Assembly: GCA_964456685.1 (NCBI GenBank)
Contig: CAYWCK010000002.1
Coordinates: 1-55,008 of the forward strand
Source of the DNA: an uncultured Bifidobacteriaceae bacterium
GTDB lineage: Bacteria; Verrucomicrobiota; Verrucomicrobiia; Limisphaerales; JADLHS01
DNA: 55,008 nucleotides
Reading direction: 5' to 3'
Shown piece after piece: positions 19,663 through 28,212 of the stretch. Position 1 is the stretch's first letter. Each line of letters starts with the position of its first letter. The notes beneath the pieces are model-generated. The model searched no databases. It was not told where the DNA came from and was given only the letters and a program-made list of their open reading frames with translations. The position numbers and the translations under genes were made by a program.

Positions 19663-20808
19663 TCAACGTTCCAGCGTCGTGGCCGCGCGGGCAGAGAGGA
19701 CTTTCCGGGAGGGGACGTAACCCGCAATGAAGCTGCGATAGAATTCCGCGAACGTTCCTGCGGCCAACGCCGCGCGCACATCCGCCATAAGCTGGAGATA
19801 CATGTGCGAGTTGTGGACGCTGACCATCCGCAGGCCGAGAATTTCGTTCACGTTCAGCAGGTGTCGGAGGTAGGCGCGCGTGAAATTGCGGCATGCATAG
19901 CATGCGCAGCCTTCTTCGATCGGCCGGAAATCCGCCTTATAGGCGCCGCCTTTCAAACTGTACTGGCCCTTGCGCGTAAACGCCGTTCCGTTGCGGGCGA
20001 CGCGCGTTGGCAGTACGCAGTCAAACATGTCCACCCCCCGCGCCACCAGTTCCACCATCTGCGCGGGCGTGCCCAGCCCCATGGCGTAGCGGGCCTTGTG
20101 CGCGGGCAGAAACGGCTCGGTGAGTTCAACCGCTTTCATCATCTCGGGCTCCGGTTCGCCGACGCTCACGCCCCCAATGGCGTAGCCGTCGAAATTCGTG
20201 GCGACAATGGCTTTGGCACATTCCTCCCGGAGGCTGGCGTCACTGCCGCCCTGCACGATGCCGAAGACAAGCTGGCCTTCAGCGCGGGGTTGTTCGCGAC
20301 ATTCGCCGGCCCAGCGGATCGTGCGTTCGACGGCATTACGTTGCTCGCGGGCGGGGGCGTCGTGCGGCGGGCATTCATCGAAAACCATGGCGATGTCCGA
20401 ACCCAGGGTGCGCTGGATTTCCATGGCCTCCTTCGGTCCGAGGAACAGGGGCGAGCCGTCAAGATGCGACCGAAATTCGACGCCATGCGCTTTGATCTTC
20501 CGGATCTTTGCCAGACTGAACACCTGGAAGCCGCCGCTATCAGTCAGAATGGGTTTTGGCCAATTGATAAACCGATGCAATCCGCCGGCTGCGCGGATGA
20601 TGTCCATGCCGGGACGGATGTTGAGATGGTAGGTGTTGCCGAGGATGATTTGCGTGCCCATCTCATCCAGCTCGCGCGGGTCGATCGCCTTTACGCTGCC
20701 CTGCGTGCCCACCGGCATGTAAACCGGCGTATCAATAATGCCATGGGCCGTGTGCAGCCGGCCGAGGCGCGCCTTGGTGGGCGCGGCCGTTTTCAACAGT
20801 TCAAACAT
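19663..20808 (-). CDS. tgt: tRNA-guanine transglycosylase (queuine tRNA-ribosyltransferase)
   Basis: The N-terminus FELLKT..ARLGRLHTAHGIIDTPVYMPVGTQGSVKA, plus TDSGGFQV and the Zn-site region CxCxxC..H (CACYACRNFTRAYLRHL), are typical of Tgt. Confidence 0.95.
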   Translation of the reverse strand: MFELLKTAAPTKARLGRLHTAHGIIDTPVYMPVGTQGSVKAIDPRELDEMGTQIILGNTYHLNIRPGMDIIRAAGGLHRFINWPKPILTDSGGFQVFSLAKIRKIKAHGVEFRSHLDGSPLFLGPKEAMEIQRTLGSDIAMVFDECPPHDAPAREQRNAVERTIRWAGECREQPRAEGQLVFGIVQGGSDASLREECAKAIVATNFDGYAIGGVSVGEPEPEMMKAVELTEPFLPAHKARYAMGLGTPAQMVELVARGVDMFDCVLPTRVARNGTAFTRKGQYSLKGGAYKADFRPIEEGCACYACRNFTRAYLRHLLNVNEILGLRMVSVHNSHMYLQLMADVRAALAAGTFAEFYRSFIAGYVPSRKVLSARAATTLER

Positions 20809-20864
20809 CGTCCGACAAGGTAAGCAAATCGGGCGGGTTGAACACGCATTTCTGCGACGACGGC

Positions 20865-21836
20865 TTACGCAGCCAGAGCGAGGGCGAGTTTTGTTTCGTG
20901 GGCCGGCCGGTCGCGCTCTTCCATTTCCTCGCGCAAACGCCGCAGAGCCTGCTCCTGCAATTGGCGGATGCGCTCACGAGTAAGTTTGAACTCCGCACCA
21001 ATCTCTTCGAGCGTGCGTTCCGTGCCGTCGGCCAGACCGAAGCGCAGGGCGAGAATCGCCCGCTCGCGTTCGGGCAACACCGCCAGCACTTCCCGCACGA
21101 GATGAGTGTCGGTTTGCAATGCCATCTTGTCTGCGGGCGAAGCGGCGTTGGGATCGGCGACGGTTTCGGACACACGCTGCGAATCATCATCGCCGATGGG
21201 TGCGTCGAGCGAGATGGGCGCTTTGGAAGCGCGCAAGTAACGCTGCACCCGGCGGACATCAAGGTCCAGTTCGTGGGCGAGCTCTTCGGCGGTCGGCTCG
21301 CGGTCCAAAGCTTCGCGCAGCTTCATTTCGGCGCGGCGCAAATGCGCGACCTTGTCCACCACGTGCACGGGCAGGCGGATGGTTTTGCCCTGGTTGGCCA
21401 GGGCGCGGCGGATCTGTTGCTTGATCCACAGCGACGCGTAGGTGGAGAGTTTGGCACCCTTTTTCGGATCAAAGCGTTCGACACCTTTCATCAAGCCGAT
21501 GTTGCCCTCACTGATCAAATCGAGCAGCGGTACGCCGAGCCCTTCGTAATCGCGCGCGATTTTCACGACGAGCCGGAGATTGGCTTTGATCATTTGCTCA
21601 CGGGCCTGCTTGTCGCCGCGCTTGATCCGCTTGGCCAGGGCAATTTCCTCTTCGGGCGTCAGCAATTTCACCTGTCCGATTTCGCGCAGGTAAAGCTGGA
21701 GGCTGTCGCCGTTGACTGGTTCCGTGCGGGTGGACGTCGCGTCTTCGGGGGGCTGGGTTCGGGCAGCCAACGGCGCTGGCGCCGCCGCACGGGTTGCTGG
21801 ACGGCTACGCTCACCTCTTCGATTTGTGAGTTTCAT
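20865..21836 (-). CDS. RNA polymerase sigma-70 family factor (RpoD/SigA-like, short N-terminus)
   Basis: Region 1.2 reads LQLYLREIG. Region 2 reads ANLRLVVKIARDY..GVPLLDLISEGNIGLMKGVERFDPKKGAKLSTYASLWIKQQI. Regions 3 and 4 (LEEIGAEFKLTRERIRQLQEQALRRLR) are also present. I chose the ATG at 21836 because the longer ORF would overlap trxA. Confidence 0.85.
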   Translation of the reverse strand: MKLTNRRGERSRPATRAAAPAPLAARTQPPEDATSTRTEPVNGDSLQLYLREIGQVKLLTPEEEIALAKRIKRGDKQAREQMIKANLRLVVKIARDYEGLGVPLLDLISEGNIGLMKGVERFDPKKGAKLSTYASLWIKQQIRRALANQGKTIRLPVHVVDKVAHLRRAEMKLREALDREPTAEELAHELDLDVRRVQRYLRASKAPISLDAPIGDDDSQRVSETVADPNAASPADKMALQTDTHLVREVLAVLPERERAILALRFGLADGTERTLEEIGAEFKLTRERIRQLQEQALRRLREEMEERDRPAHETKLALALAA

Positions 21837-21883
21837 AAATGACTTCTTTCGCGATGTGACCGAAAACGGTCTTCGTTGTTCAA

Positions 21884-22216
21884 TCAAGCCGGCACGCCCA
21901 CGGCCTCCAGTTTGGCCAGCAGGGCGCGCTTGCCGAGCACGCCGACCGTTTGTTGCCGCAACACGCCGCCTTCGAAATACAACAGCGTGGGAATGGATTG
22001 AATCGCGTAACGCGCGGCGAGGGCGGGATTGCGGTCCACATCCACCTTCACAACCTTGACCCGCTCCGCGTGTTCGGTAGCGATTTCCTCCAGCACCGGC
22101 GCCAGCATCTTGCAGGGGCCGCACCATTCCGCCCAGAAATCGACGATCACCGGCGTGGTGGCATTCAGGACCTCGGTGTCGAAATTGGCTTCCGTGATGT
22201 CGTTGATGGCTTTCAT
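21884..22216 (-). CDS. trxA: thioredoxin
   Basis: 110 aa, with the active site WAEWCGPCK and a typical thioredoxin-length fold. Confidence 0.95.
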   Translation of the reverse strand: MKAINDITEANFDTEVLNATTPVIVDFWAEWCGPCKMLAPVLEEIATEHAERVKVVKVDVDRNPALAARYAIQSIPTLLYFEGGVLRQQTVGVLGKRALLAKLEAVGVPA

Positions 22217-22233
22217 AAAGTTTTTCGCGTTAG

Positions 22234-22252
22234 TGTAATTGTTTGGATTACA
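22234..22252. promoter_or_regulatory. inverted repeat TGTAAT-N7-ATTACA upstream of trxA (candidate operator)
   Basis: An AT-rich palindrome lies 18-36 nt upstream of the trxA ATG, in a 58-bp gap directly downstream of the Rrf2-family regulator gene. Assignment to that regulator is inference only. Confidence 0.25.
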
Positions 22253-22274
22253 TATAATCTCAAAAAAAGAGATG

Positions 22275-22721
22275 TCAACCCGTGCACTTTTGATGGCTCT
22301 TGGCGCAGGCTTTTACTGTTTCGATCAAGTTCGCCAGCGTGGTTTTCTCCAGATCCGCTTCGAGCGCACGTTGAGCTGAGGCAAAAATCCTCTCCAAAGT
22401 TTCGCGCATACAATTTCCGACCGGGCAGGCGGCGTTTGGTTTCTTGGAGGGTTTGGCAAACGGTTCGGGAACTTCGACGGCCCGGTAAACATCGGCTAAA
22501 TGAATGCGCCCCGGCGCACGGCTGAGGCGCGAACCCGAGCCAGCGCCCTTGCCGGTTTCCACCAAACGGGCGCGTTGCAAGGCGAGCAACAAGCGCCGGA
22601 TCACGACGGGATTGGTGTTAACGCTGCCGGCCAGAAAGGCGGAAGAGACCCGGTCGCCTTCCTTGTAGGCCAGGACGGCCAGGACATGAACCGCCATGGC
22701 AAAACGACAGCTTGTTCTCAT
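22275..22721 (-). CDS. Rrf2-family transcriptional regulator
   Basis: MRTSCRFAMAVHVLAVLAY..VSSAFLAGSVNTNPVVIRRLLLALQRARLVET is a typical Rrf2 winged-helix N-terminus. I used the ATG at 22721. Confidence 0.85.
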   Translation of the reverse strand: MRTSCRFAMAVHVLAVLAYKEGDRVSSAFLAGSVNTNPVVIRRLLLALQRARLVETGKGAGSGSRLSRAPGRIHLADVYRAVEVPEPFAKPSKKPNAACPVGNCMRETLERIFASAQRALEADLEKTTLANLIETVKACAKSHQKCTG

Positions 22722-22807
22722 TTGTCGGCGGAATGGTAATCGCAACAGTTACAGAAGTCAAGCTGTGGCGCGGCAGGCGGAAAGGGTTGTCCGGAGCCAA
22801 AGCCACC

Positions 22808-25183
22808 TTATTCCACGCTCATGAGGTGGAGCAGGCAGGTGCGCACGGTGAGGGAGAGCAGGTCGTTGATCACGTCGAGCACGATAAATTTGCGGACCTG
22901 ACCCCACTTCTCGGTTTCGTAGGCCGAGCCGATGTGCATCAACAGGGAGTCGAGCATCTCGCGGGTGTCATCGCGGGCGAGAATGCGTTCGCAGCCGCTG
23001 CGAACAGCCGGGGCCGCTACGTGATAGAGGTTGGTGTGGTCCATGGCGGCTTCCGCGGCCAACTGCAAGAGGGCGCGGATCTCCTCGGACGTCAGCGTGG
23101 ATTCACTGGGACCGGGGCGTTGGGTCGCGTGCTTTGAAAGCAACAGGTGCAGAGCGCGGAAGCGGATTTTTTGGGACGGCACCTCCAGCCAGGGTTCCGG
23201 GCGCAGCTGCATCAGCGCCTCGCGCGCGGGATTCGTCGGGTCCTCCATGCACGCCAGCAACGGCGTGCCGATGATGCGCTCGTCATCCCACCAGCCGGGG
23301 ATGTCATCAAGTTTGCGGTGACTTTCCTGCGCCATGCGCAGATCGAAATCGCGCACCAAACGCAGCTCCTTGTGCAGATAACTGTAAGGGAGCGGGGTGA
23401 GCAAAGCCTTGCGCAATCGCAAGGGCAGCGGCACCAGGTCCGGTAAAACCAGGCGCACTTCCAGTTTGCCGCCATGCCGCTCCAAGGCGGTGCGCATGCA
23501 GACCTCCCAGCAGCCTTCGATGCGCGGCAGGGTTTCGTGCAGGTTCATGCCCGCCAGCAAGGAGACTGCGGCCGTGTGGGTGATTTCGCGGCTCAGCAGC
23601 GGCGTCAGGCCGTGGCGGCTGGCCAGGTTGTAGAGGAAATCATAAGCCGATACGCCCGACTCAGCCTTGCGCGCCGCCCAATCGAAAAAATTCGGGAGCG
23701 TGCAGTGCCAGACAACCTGGCCTGCCTGGTCGTCAATGCGGCCGAGCCCGGTTTCGTAGAGCGCGAACGCGTAGGCACTGCGCAGGAGGGCGCGGCCGCG
23801 AGCGCCCTTCCATTTGCCGTACTCCTGTTCAAGTTCCCACGGTTTCAAATGCGTGGGGCCCCAGCCGAAATATTCCGGGGCCACGCGATGCAGGGCGGTG
23901 AAGGCAGAGACACCAAAACGCGACAAGATCTGCGGCGAGACTTCATCGAACAAACGCGCCCAGCGACGGAAAGCGCGGGCGGTTTCGTAATTCAGATGGC
24001 CATCCGCGTGGAACAGTTGTGCTTCGGAAGCGCGCACCTGTTGGACCACGGTGCAGGCCACGCGATCGAGCACTTCCCAGATGGCCTGGCCGTCGTCATG
24101 GCAAACCCGTTGAGGGGCGGCGGAGATTTTGCCGAGCAATTCCGGCGGCAGGTTGCCCGTGCCGAAATGTTGGAGACAACGCGTCAACATCGCGCGCCAG
24201 TCGAGCAATCCGCTCTCGCGCGTCAAGGAGGGCGGCACCCGCACGCCGAGCGAAAGGAATGCATCCTCCCAGTCCGTGCGCTCGAACGCGCCAATGTTCC
24301 AGCGCGGTTGACCTTGCTGGACCGTCACCAGCCGCAGGCCGTATTGGATCTGCCAGAGCGCGGCGTTGACGAGCATTTCCGCCGCGCGTTCGTCGCTGAG
24401 TTCCTGGCGCAAGGTCAAACGCCACGGCCGCACCGGGGGATCTTCACCGCGCGTGATGCCCGCGAAGGCCACCTCCGGCACGGCGCTGGCCCGGATCAGC
24501 CGAAAACCGGCGCTGCGCAGCAATTGCCGCAAATCAGCGCGCTCGATGTCCGCGCAGGTTCGCAGTCCGAATTTCTCCCCGATCAGGTAACGCAAATAAA
24601 TCGGGGCGCGGCGGTCGAACACAATGCGTTTCGCCCGCGAGAGGGATTCCAACGCGACCGGCGGGGCCGCGTGCGAAAGGGGGCACAGCAACGCCTTGGG
24701 ATACGAGCCGAGGTATCCTGCGGTTCGCGGCCGCACACAGTGCCAGCCGGTAAGAATCAGGAGCTCGTCGTAGTCACGCGCGGCTTCAACGTCGCGCAGG
24801 CCCGCAAGCCGGGCGGCGATGCGGAAGACTTTTTCGAAATGGGGTATGTCATCTTCATCCGGGCGACGTTCCTTGCCACGCAAATTGCGGAACTCGGCTT
24901 CGGCCAACGGATATCGGCTGGAAATGGCGCGCGCCTTCTCAATCGCCTCCGCACGGAAGGTCGGCAGGTGGATGCACGCGCGGGCTTCCTCCGGGCAAGT
25001 GGTGATGCTGAAGGGAACCGGCCAGCCATGCTTGAACTGCGGTTTTGCGCGGGCGACGGCGGGGGCGGCAGCCGGGTGCTGCACGGTCGCCGCAGGTGAC
25101 GGCGACGGGTCCATCCCGGGCGCAGGCGCCGCCGAAGCTTCACGAGCAGGCGACGAATCGGTTTCTTCAGCAGCAGTCCACAC
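22808..25183 (-). CDS. hypothetical protein, 791 aa, no recognisable domain
   Basis: This long uninterrupted ORF has GC-rich third positions like its neighbours. It has a Pro/Ala-rich N-terminus, is Trp-rich, and shows no TM segment or catalytic motif I can identify. The start is uncertain: GTG at 25183, or ATG at 25114. Confidence 0.6.
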   Translation of the reverse strand: MWTAAEETDSSPAREASAAPAPGMDPSPSPAATVQHPAAAPAVARAKPQFKHGWPVPFSITTCPEEARACIHLPTFRAEAIEKARAISSRYPLAEAEFRNLRGKERRPDEDDIPHFEKVFRIAARLAGLRDVEAARDYDELLILTGWHCVRPRTAGYLGSYPKALLCPLSHAAPPVALESLSRAKRIVFDRRAPIYLRYLIGEKFGLRTCADIERADLRQLLRSAGFRLIRASAVPEVAFAGITRGEDPPVRPWRLTLRQELSDERAAEMLVNAALWQIQYGLRLVTVQQGQPRWNIGAFERTDWEDAFLSLGVRVPPSLTRESGLLDWRAMLTRCLQHFGTGNLPPELLGKISAAPQRVCHDDGQAIWEVLDRVACTVVQQVRASEAQLFHADGHLNYETARAFRRWARLFDEVSPQILSRFGVSAFTALHRVAPEYFGWGPTHLKPWELEQEYGKWKGARGRALLRSAYAFALYETGLGRIDDQAGQVVWHCTLPNFFDWAARKAESGVSAYDFLYNLASRHGLTPLLSREITHTAAVSLLAGMNLHETLPRIEGCWEVCMRTALERHGGKLEVRLVLPDLVPLPLRLRKALLTPLPYSYLHKELRLVRDFDLRMAQESHRKLDDIPGWWDDERIIGTPLLACMEDPTNPAREALMQLRPEPWLEVPSQKIRFRALHLLLSKHATQRPGPSESTLTSEEIRALLQLAAEAAMDHTNLYHVAAPAVRSGCERILARDDTREMLDSLLMHIGSAYETEKWGQVRKFIVLDVINDLLSLTVRTCLLHLMSVE

Positions 25184-25329
25184 GGCTATGAGCAGTTTTT
25201 ACCACTCCCCCGCGTGGCTGTCACCTGTTTCGTGTGCGGAGGTTGAGCCCCGGGGCACGAAGCGATCCGCGCGGGATTGGCGGAAAAGCGTTTGCAGCCG
25301 TCGCGCCGTGGGCTAAAGAGAGGGCGTCC

Positions 25330-25947
25330 ATGAGCGTGAAAGTCAAAATCTGCGGGCTGACCAATCTGCCGGATGCGCAAGCAGCGGTGGCCGCGGGAGC
25401 GGATTTGCTGGGTTTCATCTTTGCCGAGAAGAGTCCGCGGCGAGTCACCGTGGAAGCCGCTGCCGCCATCGCCCGCGAGGTGCCTGCGCACATCTTGAAA
25501 GTGGGCGTGTTTGTGAATCCAACCGAAGACCTGGTCCAGCACGCGCTGCGCGAATGCGGTCTGGGGCTGCTGCAATTTCATGGCGAGGAACCCCCGGAGT
25601 TCTGCACCGGCTTTGGCGTGATGAACATGAAGGCGTTCCGCATCCGCGACGAGCGGTCTTTGTTGGCGCTCCCGCATTATACCACCGACGCATGGCTGCT
25701 AGACACCTACTCGGAAAAGCAGGCCGGCGGCACCGGCCAGACTTTCAACTGGGAGCTGGCCGTGGCGGCGAAAAAGCACGGCCGGCCGATCTTTCTGGCC
25801 GGCGGTCTCACGCCGGAAAATGTGACGGAGGCCGTGCGGCGGGTGCAGCCCTTTGCCGTGGATGTTTCCAGCGGCGTCGAATCCGCTCCCGGGAGAAAAG
25901 ATCACGACAAGGTCGGGGCGTTCATTCGCGCCGCCAAAGCGGCTTGA
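25330..25947 (+). CDS. trpF: phosphoribosylanthranilate isomerase
   Basis: MSVKVKICGLTN..DAQAAVAAGADLLGFIF..KSPR is the typical TrpF N-terminus. The protein is about 205 aa, with ..GGTGQTFNW.. and ..LAGGLTPENV... Confidence 0.9.
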   Translation: MSVKVKICGLTNLPDAQAAVAAGADLLGFIFAEKSPRRVTVEAAAAIAREVPAHILKVGVFVNPTEDLVQHALRECGLGLLQFHGEEPPEFCTGFGVMNMKAFRIRDERSLLALPHYTTDAWLLDTYSEKQAGGTGQTFNWELAVAAKKHGRPIFLAGGLTPENVTEAVRRVQPFAVDVSSGVESAPGRKDHDKVGAFIRAAKAA

Positions 25948-26008
25948 CCGAATTCAAGCTGGCACTGCCGTTGGCTGCGCCTAGAATGACTCTGCTTCGG
26001 CACCCGCC

Positions 26009-26557
26009 ATGCGCAAACGCAAAAACATCGTTCTGGGTGTGACCGGTTCGATCGCGGCATACAAGGCCGCCGACCTCACGAGTCTCCTTGCCAAACAGGG
26101 CCATCGCGTTCACGTCATCATGACTGCCGACGCGCAACGATTCATCACGCCGCTGCCGTTCAAGACCCTGTCGCGCCAGCCCGTCGTGACGGATTTGTAC
26201 GATGAGGCGGAAGGCTGGCAGCCGTTGCACATCCGGCTGGCGGACGAGGCGGATTTGTTGCTCATCGCGCCGGCTACTGCCAATTGCCTGGCGAAGCTGG
26301 CACACGGACTGGCGGACGATTCGCTCAGTTGTGTGGCGCTGGCCCTAAATCCGGAGGCGAAAATCCTCATCGCCCCAGCCATGAACGGCAAGATGTGGCA
26401 GCACCCGGCGACCCAGCAAAACGTCGCCACGCTGAAAAAGCGCGGCGTGGAATTCATCGGCCCCGAGGCGGGCATGTTGAGCTGCGGCTACGAAGGCATC
26501 GGCCGGTTGTGGCCGGTGGAGGGAATTGCGCAACGCGCGGCCAAGCTTCTGGACTGA
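26009..26557 (+). CDS. coaC: flavoprotein, phosphopantothenoylcysteine decarboxylase-like (stand-alone CoaC domain)
   Basis: Motifs are IVLGVTGSIAAYKAADLTSLL.., ..IAPATANCLAKLAHGLADD.. and PAMNGKMW. At 182 aa it has the decarboxylase half only. Confidence 0.8.
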   Translation: MRKRKNIVLGVTGSIAAYKAADLTSLLAKQGHRVHVIMTADAQRFITPLPFKTLSRQPVVTDLYDEAEGWQPLHIRLADEADLLLIAPATANCLAKLAHGLADDSLSCVALALNPEAKILIAPAMNGKMWQHPATQQNVATLKKRGVEFIGPEAGMLSCGYEGIGRLWPVEGIAQRAAKLLD

Positions 26558-26583
26558 CGCAATTCCAACGCGAGAGCCAGCCT

Positions 26584-28212
26584 ATGATATCCGGCGCATG
26601 GCGATGGTTGAAAAAGCTGCCCGGCACTCTCTCCGGGCCGCGGCTCGAACCAGCCCAACAGGCGCAGCGCATTCTCGTCATTCAACGCAATATCATCAGT
26701 CCGGCGCGGCTGCTGGTCATCGCCGCGGTGCTGTTTCAACTCCATACCTCCCGCTGGCTCAATGAAGCGGTGGACACGTACGGCGTCGTGTTCGAGGCCG
26801 CGCAGAACACGATGCTGGCCTACGCCTGCGTGGCGTTGATGGTCACGGTTGTTATTTATGTCGTGCGCCGGTTCCCGCCCGGGGCGGTGCAATGGCTGGT
26901 GTTCATCATCGGACTGGGCGACGGAGTTTTTCTCGGCGCGCTGACGCTGCTGACTGAGGGCTTCATGAGTCCGCTCTATTGGGTTTATCCCGGGATTATC
27001 ATTCTCAACGCGCTCTCGATTCCGCTGGCGACGCCGCAGATTGTGCTGAACTTGATGCTCAGCGTGTTTTTTCTGGCCGCGGGCCTTGTGGAGACGAACT
27101 CGCGAGTGGATATCAGCCTGCCGGGCTTTCCCCGAGTGGTGCGGGGGGTGAAATTCGGCGCGGTGGATTTCAACGAACATCTCAGCGAGGCTTGTGCTTG
27201 GTTGGAACGAATTCCGCCGGTGGTCGCGCGCAAATGGTTTTCGCCCGCCGAGAGCACGTTGCAGAAAATCGCGCAGTATCGGGCCACCGGCATTGCCAAC
27301 GAGGAATTAAAGAAGGCCTTGGCGGAAGAATTCAACCGCATCTCCGCGCGCGCGCCCCGGCTGGTGCCGGATTCCCCCACGATTGATTTGTCCGACACGT
27401 CGCCTGCCTCCCACGTGTTGCGCGTGGCGGTGCTGGTTTTGTTAACCTTTTGTTGCTACGGCTTGCAGGTGCTCGTCGCCGCGCAGCAGCGCGCGGAATC
27501 GGATCAAACGGAATTTCTGGTGCGCACCGAACAACTTCGCGGCGCGGGCCGGCTGGCGGCGGAGTTTGCCCACCAGATCAAGAACCCGCTGGCGATCATC
27601 AACAACGCCGTCTTCTCCCTGCGCCGGGCGTTGCGCGGCGGGCCGCCGGAAGCGGCGCAACATCTCGAGATCATTCAAGAAGAAGTGGCGCGCGCCGACC
27701 AGACCATCACCCAGATCATGGGTTATGCCCAATTGAGCGAAGGCCGCGTGGAGAAACTGGATGTGCAGCAGGAACTCGAGCGCGCCTGCGAGCAGGTGCT
27801 CCCGCGCAGCATCCAGACCGGCGTGCAATTGCATACCGAAATCGCGCGCGAATTCCCGCCGCTCTTGATGCAACGCCGGCATTTCACCGAATGCGTGGTG
27901 AACCTTCTGCAAAATGCCCGCGAGGCCGTGGGTGAACAGGGGCATGTTTACCTAGCCGCGGCGGTGCGCCGGGATTACGCGGTGGAGGTCACGGTGCGCG
28001 ATGACGGGCCGGGTATCCCGCCTGATAAGCTGGAAAGGATCTTTGAGGCCTACTATACGACCAAGGACCGCGGCACCGGGCTCGGGCTGGCCATTGTGAA
28101 GCACAACGTCGAACTCTACAACGGCAGCGTTCGGGTCGAATCCGCACTTGGCCAGGGCGCCCGCTTCACACTAGTATTCCCCGCGAAAACTTTGATCAAA
28201 CTTGGCTCATGA
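26584..28212 (+). CDS. sensor histidine kinase with multi-pass membrane N-terminal domain
   Basis: There are several hydrophobic helices in the N-terminal half. The H-box is EFAHQIKNPLAIINN. The ATPase motifs are NLLQNAREA, VRDDGPGIP and GTGLGLAIVKHNVELYNGS. I used the ATG at 26584; the longer ORF overlaps coaC. Confidence 0.85.
   Translation: MISGAWRWLKKLPGTLSGPRLEPAQQAQRILVIQRNIISPARLLVIAAVLFQLHTSRWLNEAVDTYGVVFEAAQNTMLAYACVALMVTVVIYVVRRFPPGAVQWLVFIIGLGDGVFLGALTLLTEGFMSPLYWVYPGIIILNALSIPLATPQIVLNLMLSVFFLAAGLVETNSRVDISLPGFPRVVRGVKFGAVDFNEHLSEACAWLERIPPVVARKWFSPAESTLQKIAQYRATGIANEELKKALAEEFNRISARAPRLVPDSPTIDLSDTSPASHVLRVAVLVLLTFCCYGLQVLVAAQQRAESDQTEFLVRTEQLRGAGRLAAEFAHQIKNPLAIINNAVFSLRRALRGGPPEAAQHLEIIQEEVARADQTITQIMGYAQLSEGRVEKLDVQQELERACEQVLPRSIQTGVQLHTEIAREFPPLLMQRRHFTECVVNLLQNAREAVGEQGHVYLAAAVRRDYAVEVTVRDDGPGIPPDKLERIFEAYYTTKDRGTGLGLAIVKHNVELYNGSVRVESALGQGARFTLVFPAKTLIKLGS

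Noticed and set aside
20838-21842. 334-aa plus-strand ORF
   Set aside because: It is antisense to the sigma-70 family gene, which has unambiguous region 2 and region 4 motifs.
21837-22127. N-terminal extension of the sigma-70 ORF
   Set aside because: It would overlap most of trxA in another frame. The ATG at 21836 sits 48 nt downstream of the trxA stop.
23474-25099. 541-aa plus-strand ORF opposite the 791-aa hypothetical gene
   Set aside because: Neither strand has known motifs. The minus-strand ORF is longer and has a more protein-like, less Arg/Gly-dominated composition. I kept the minus-strand call, and the strand choice remains the main uncertainty for this locus.
26284-26583. N-terminal extension of the histidine kinase ORF
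   Set aside because: It overlaps the 3' half of the coaC-like gene in another frame and is Arg/Gly-rich. The ATG at 26584 follows the coaC stop and precedes the first TM helix.
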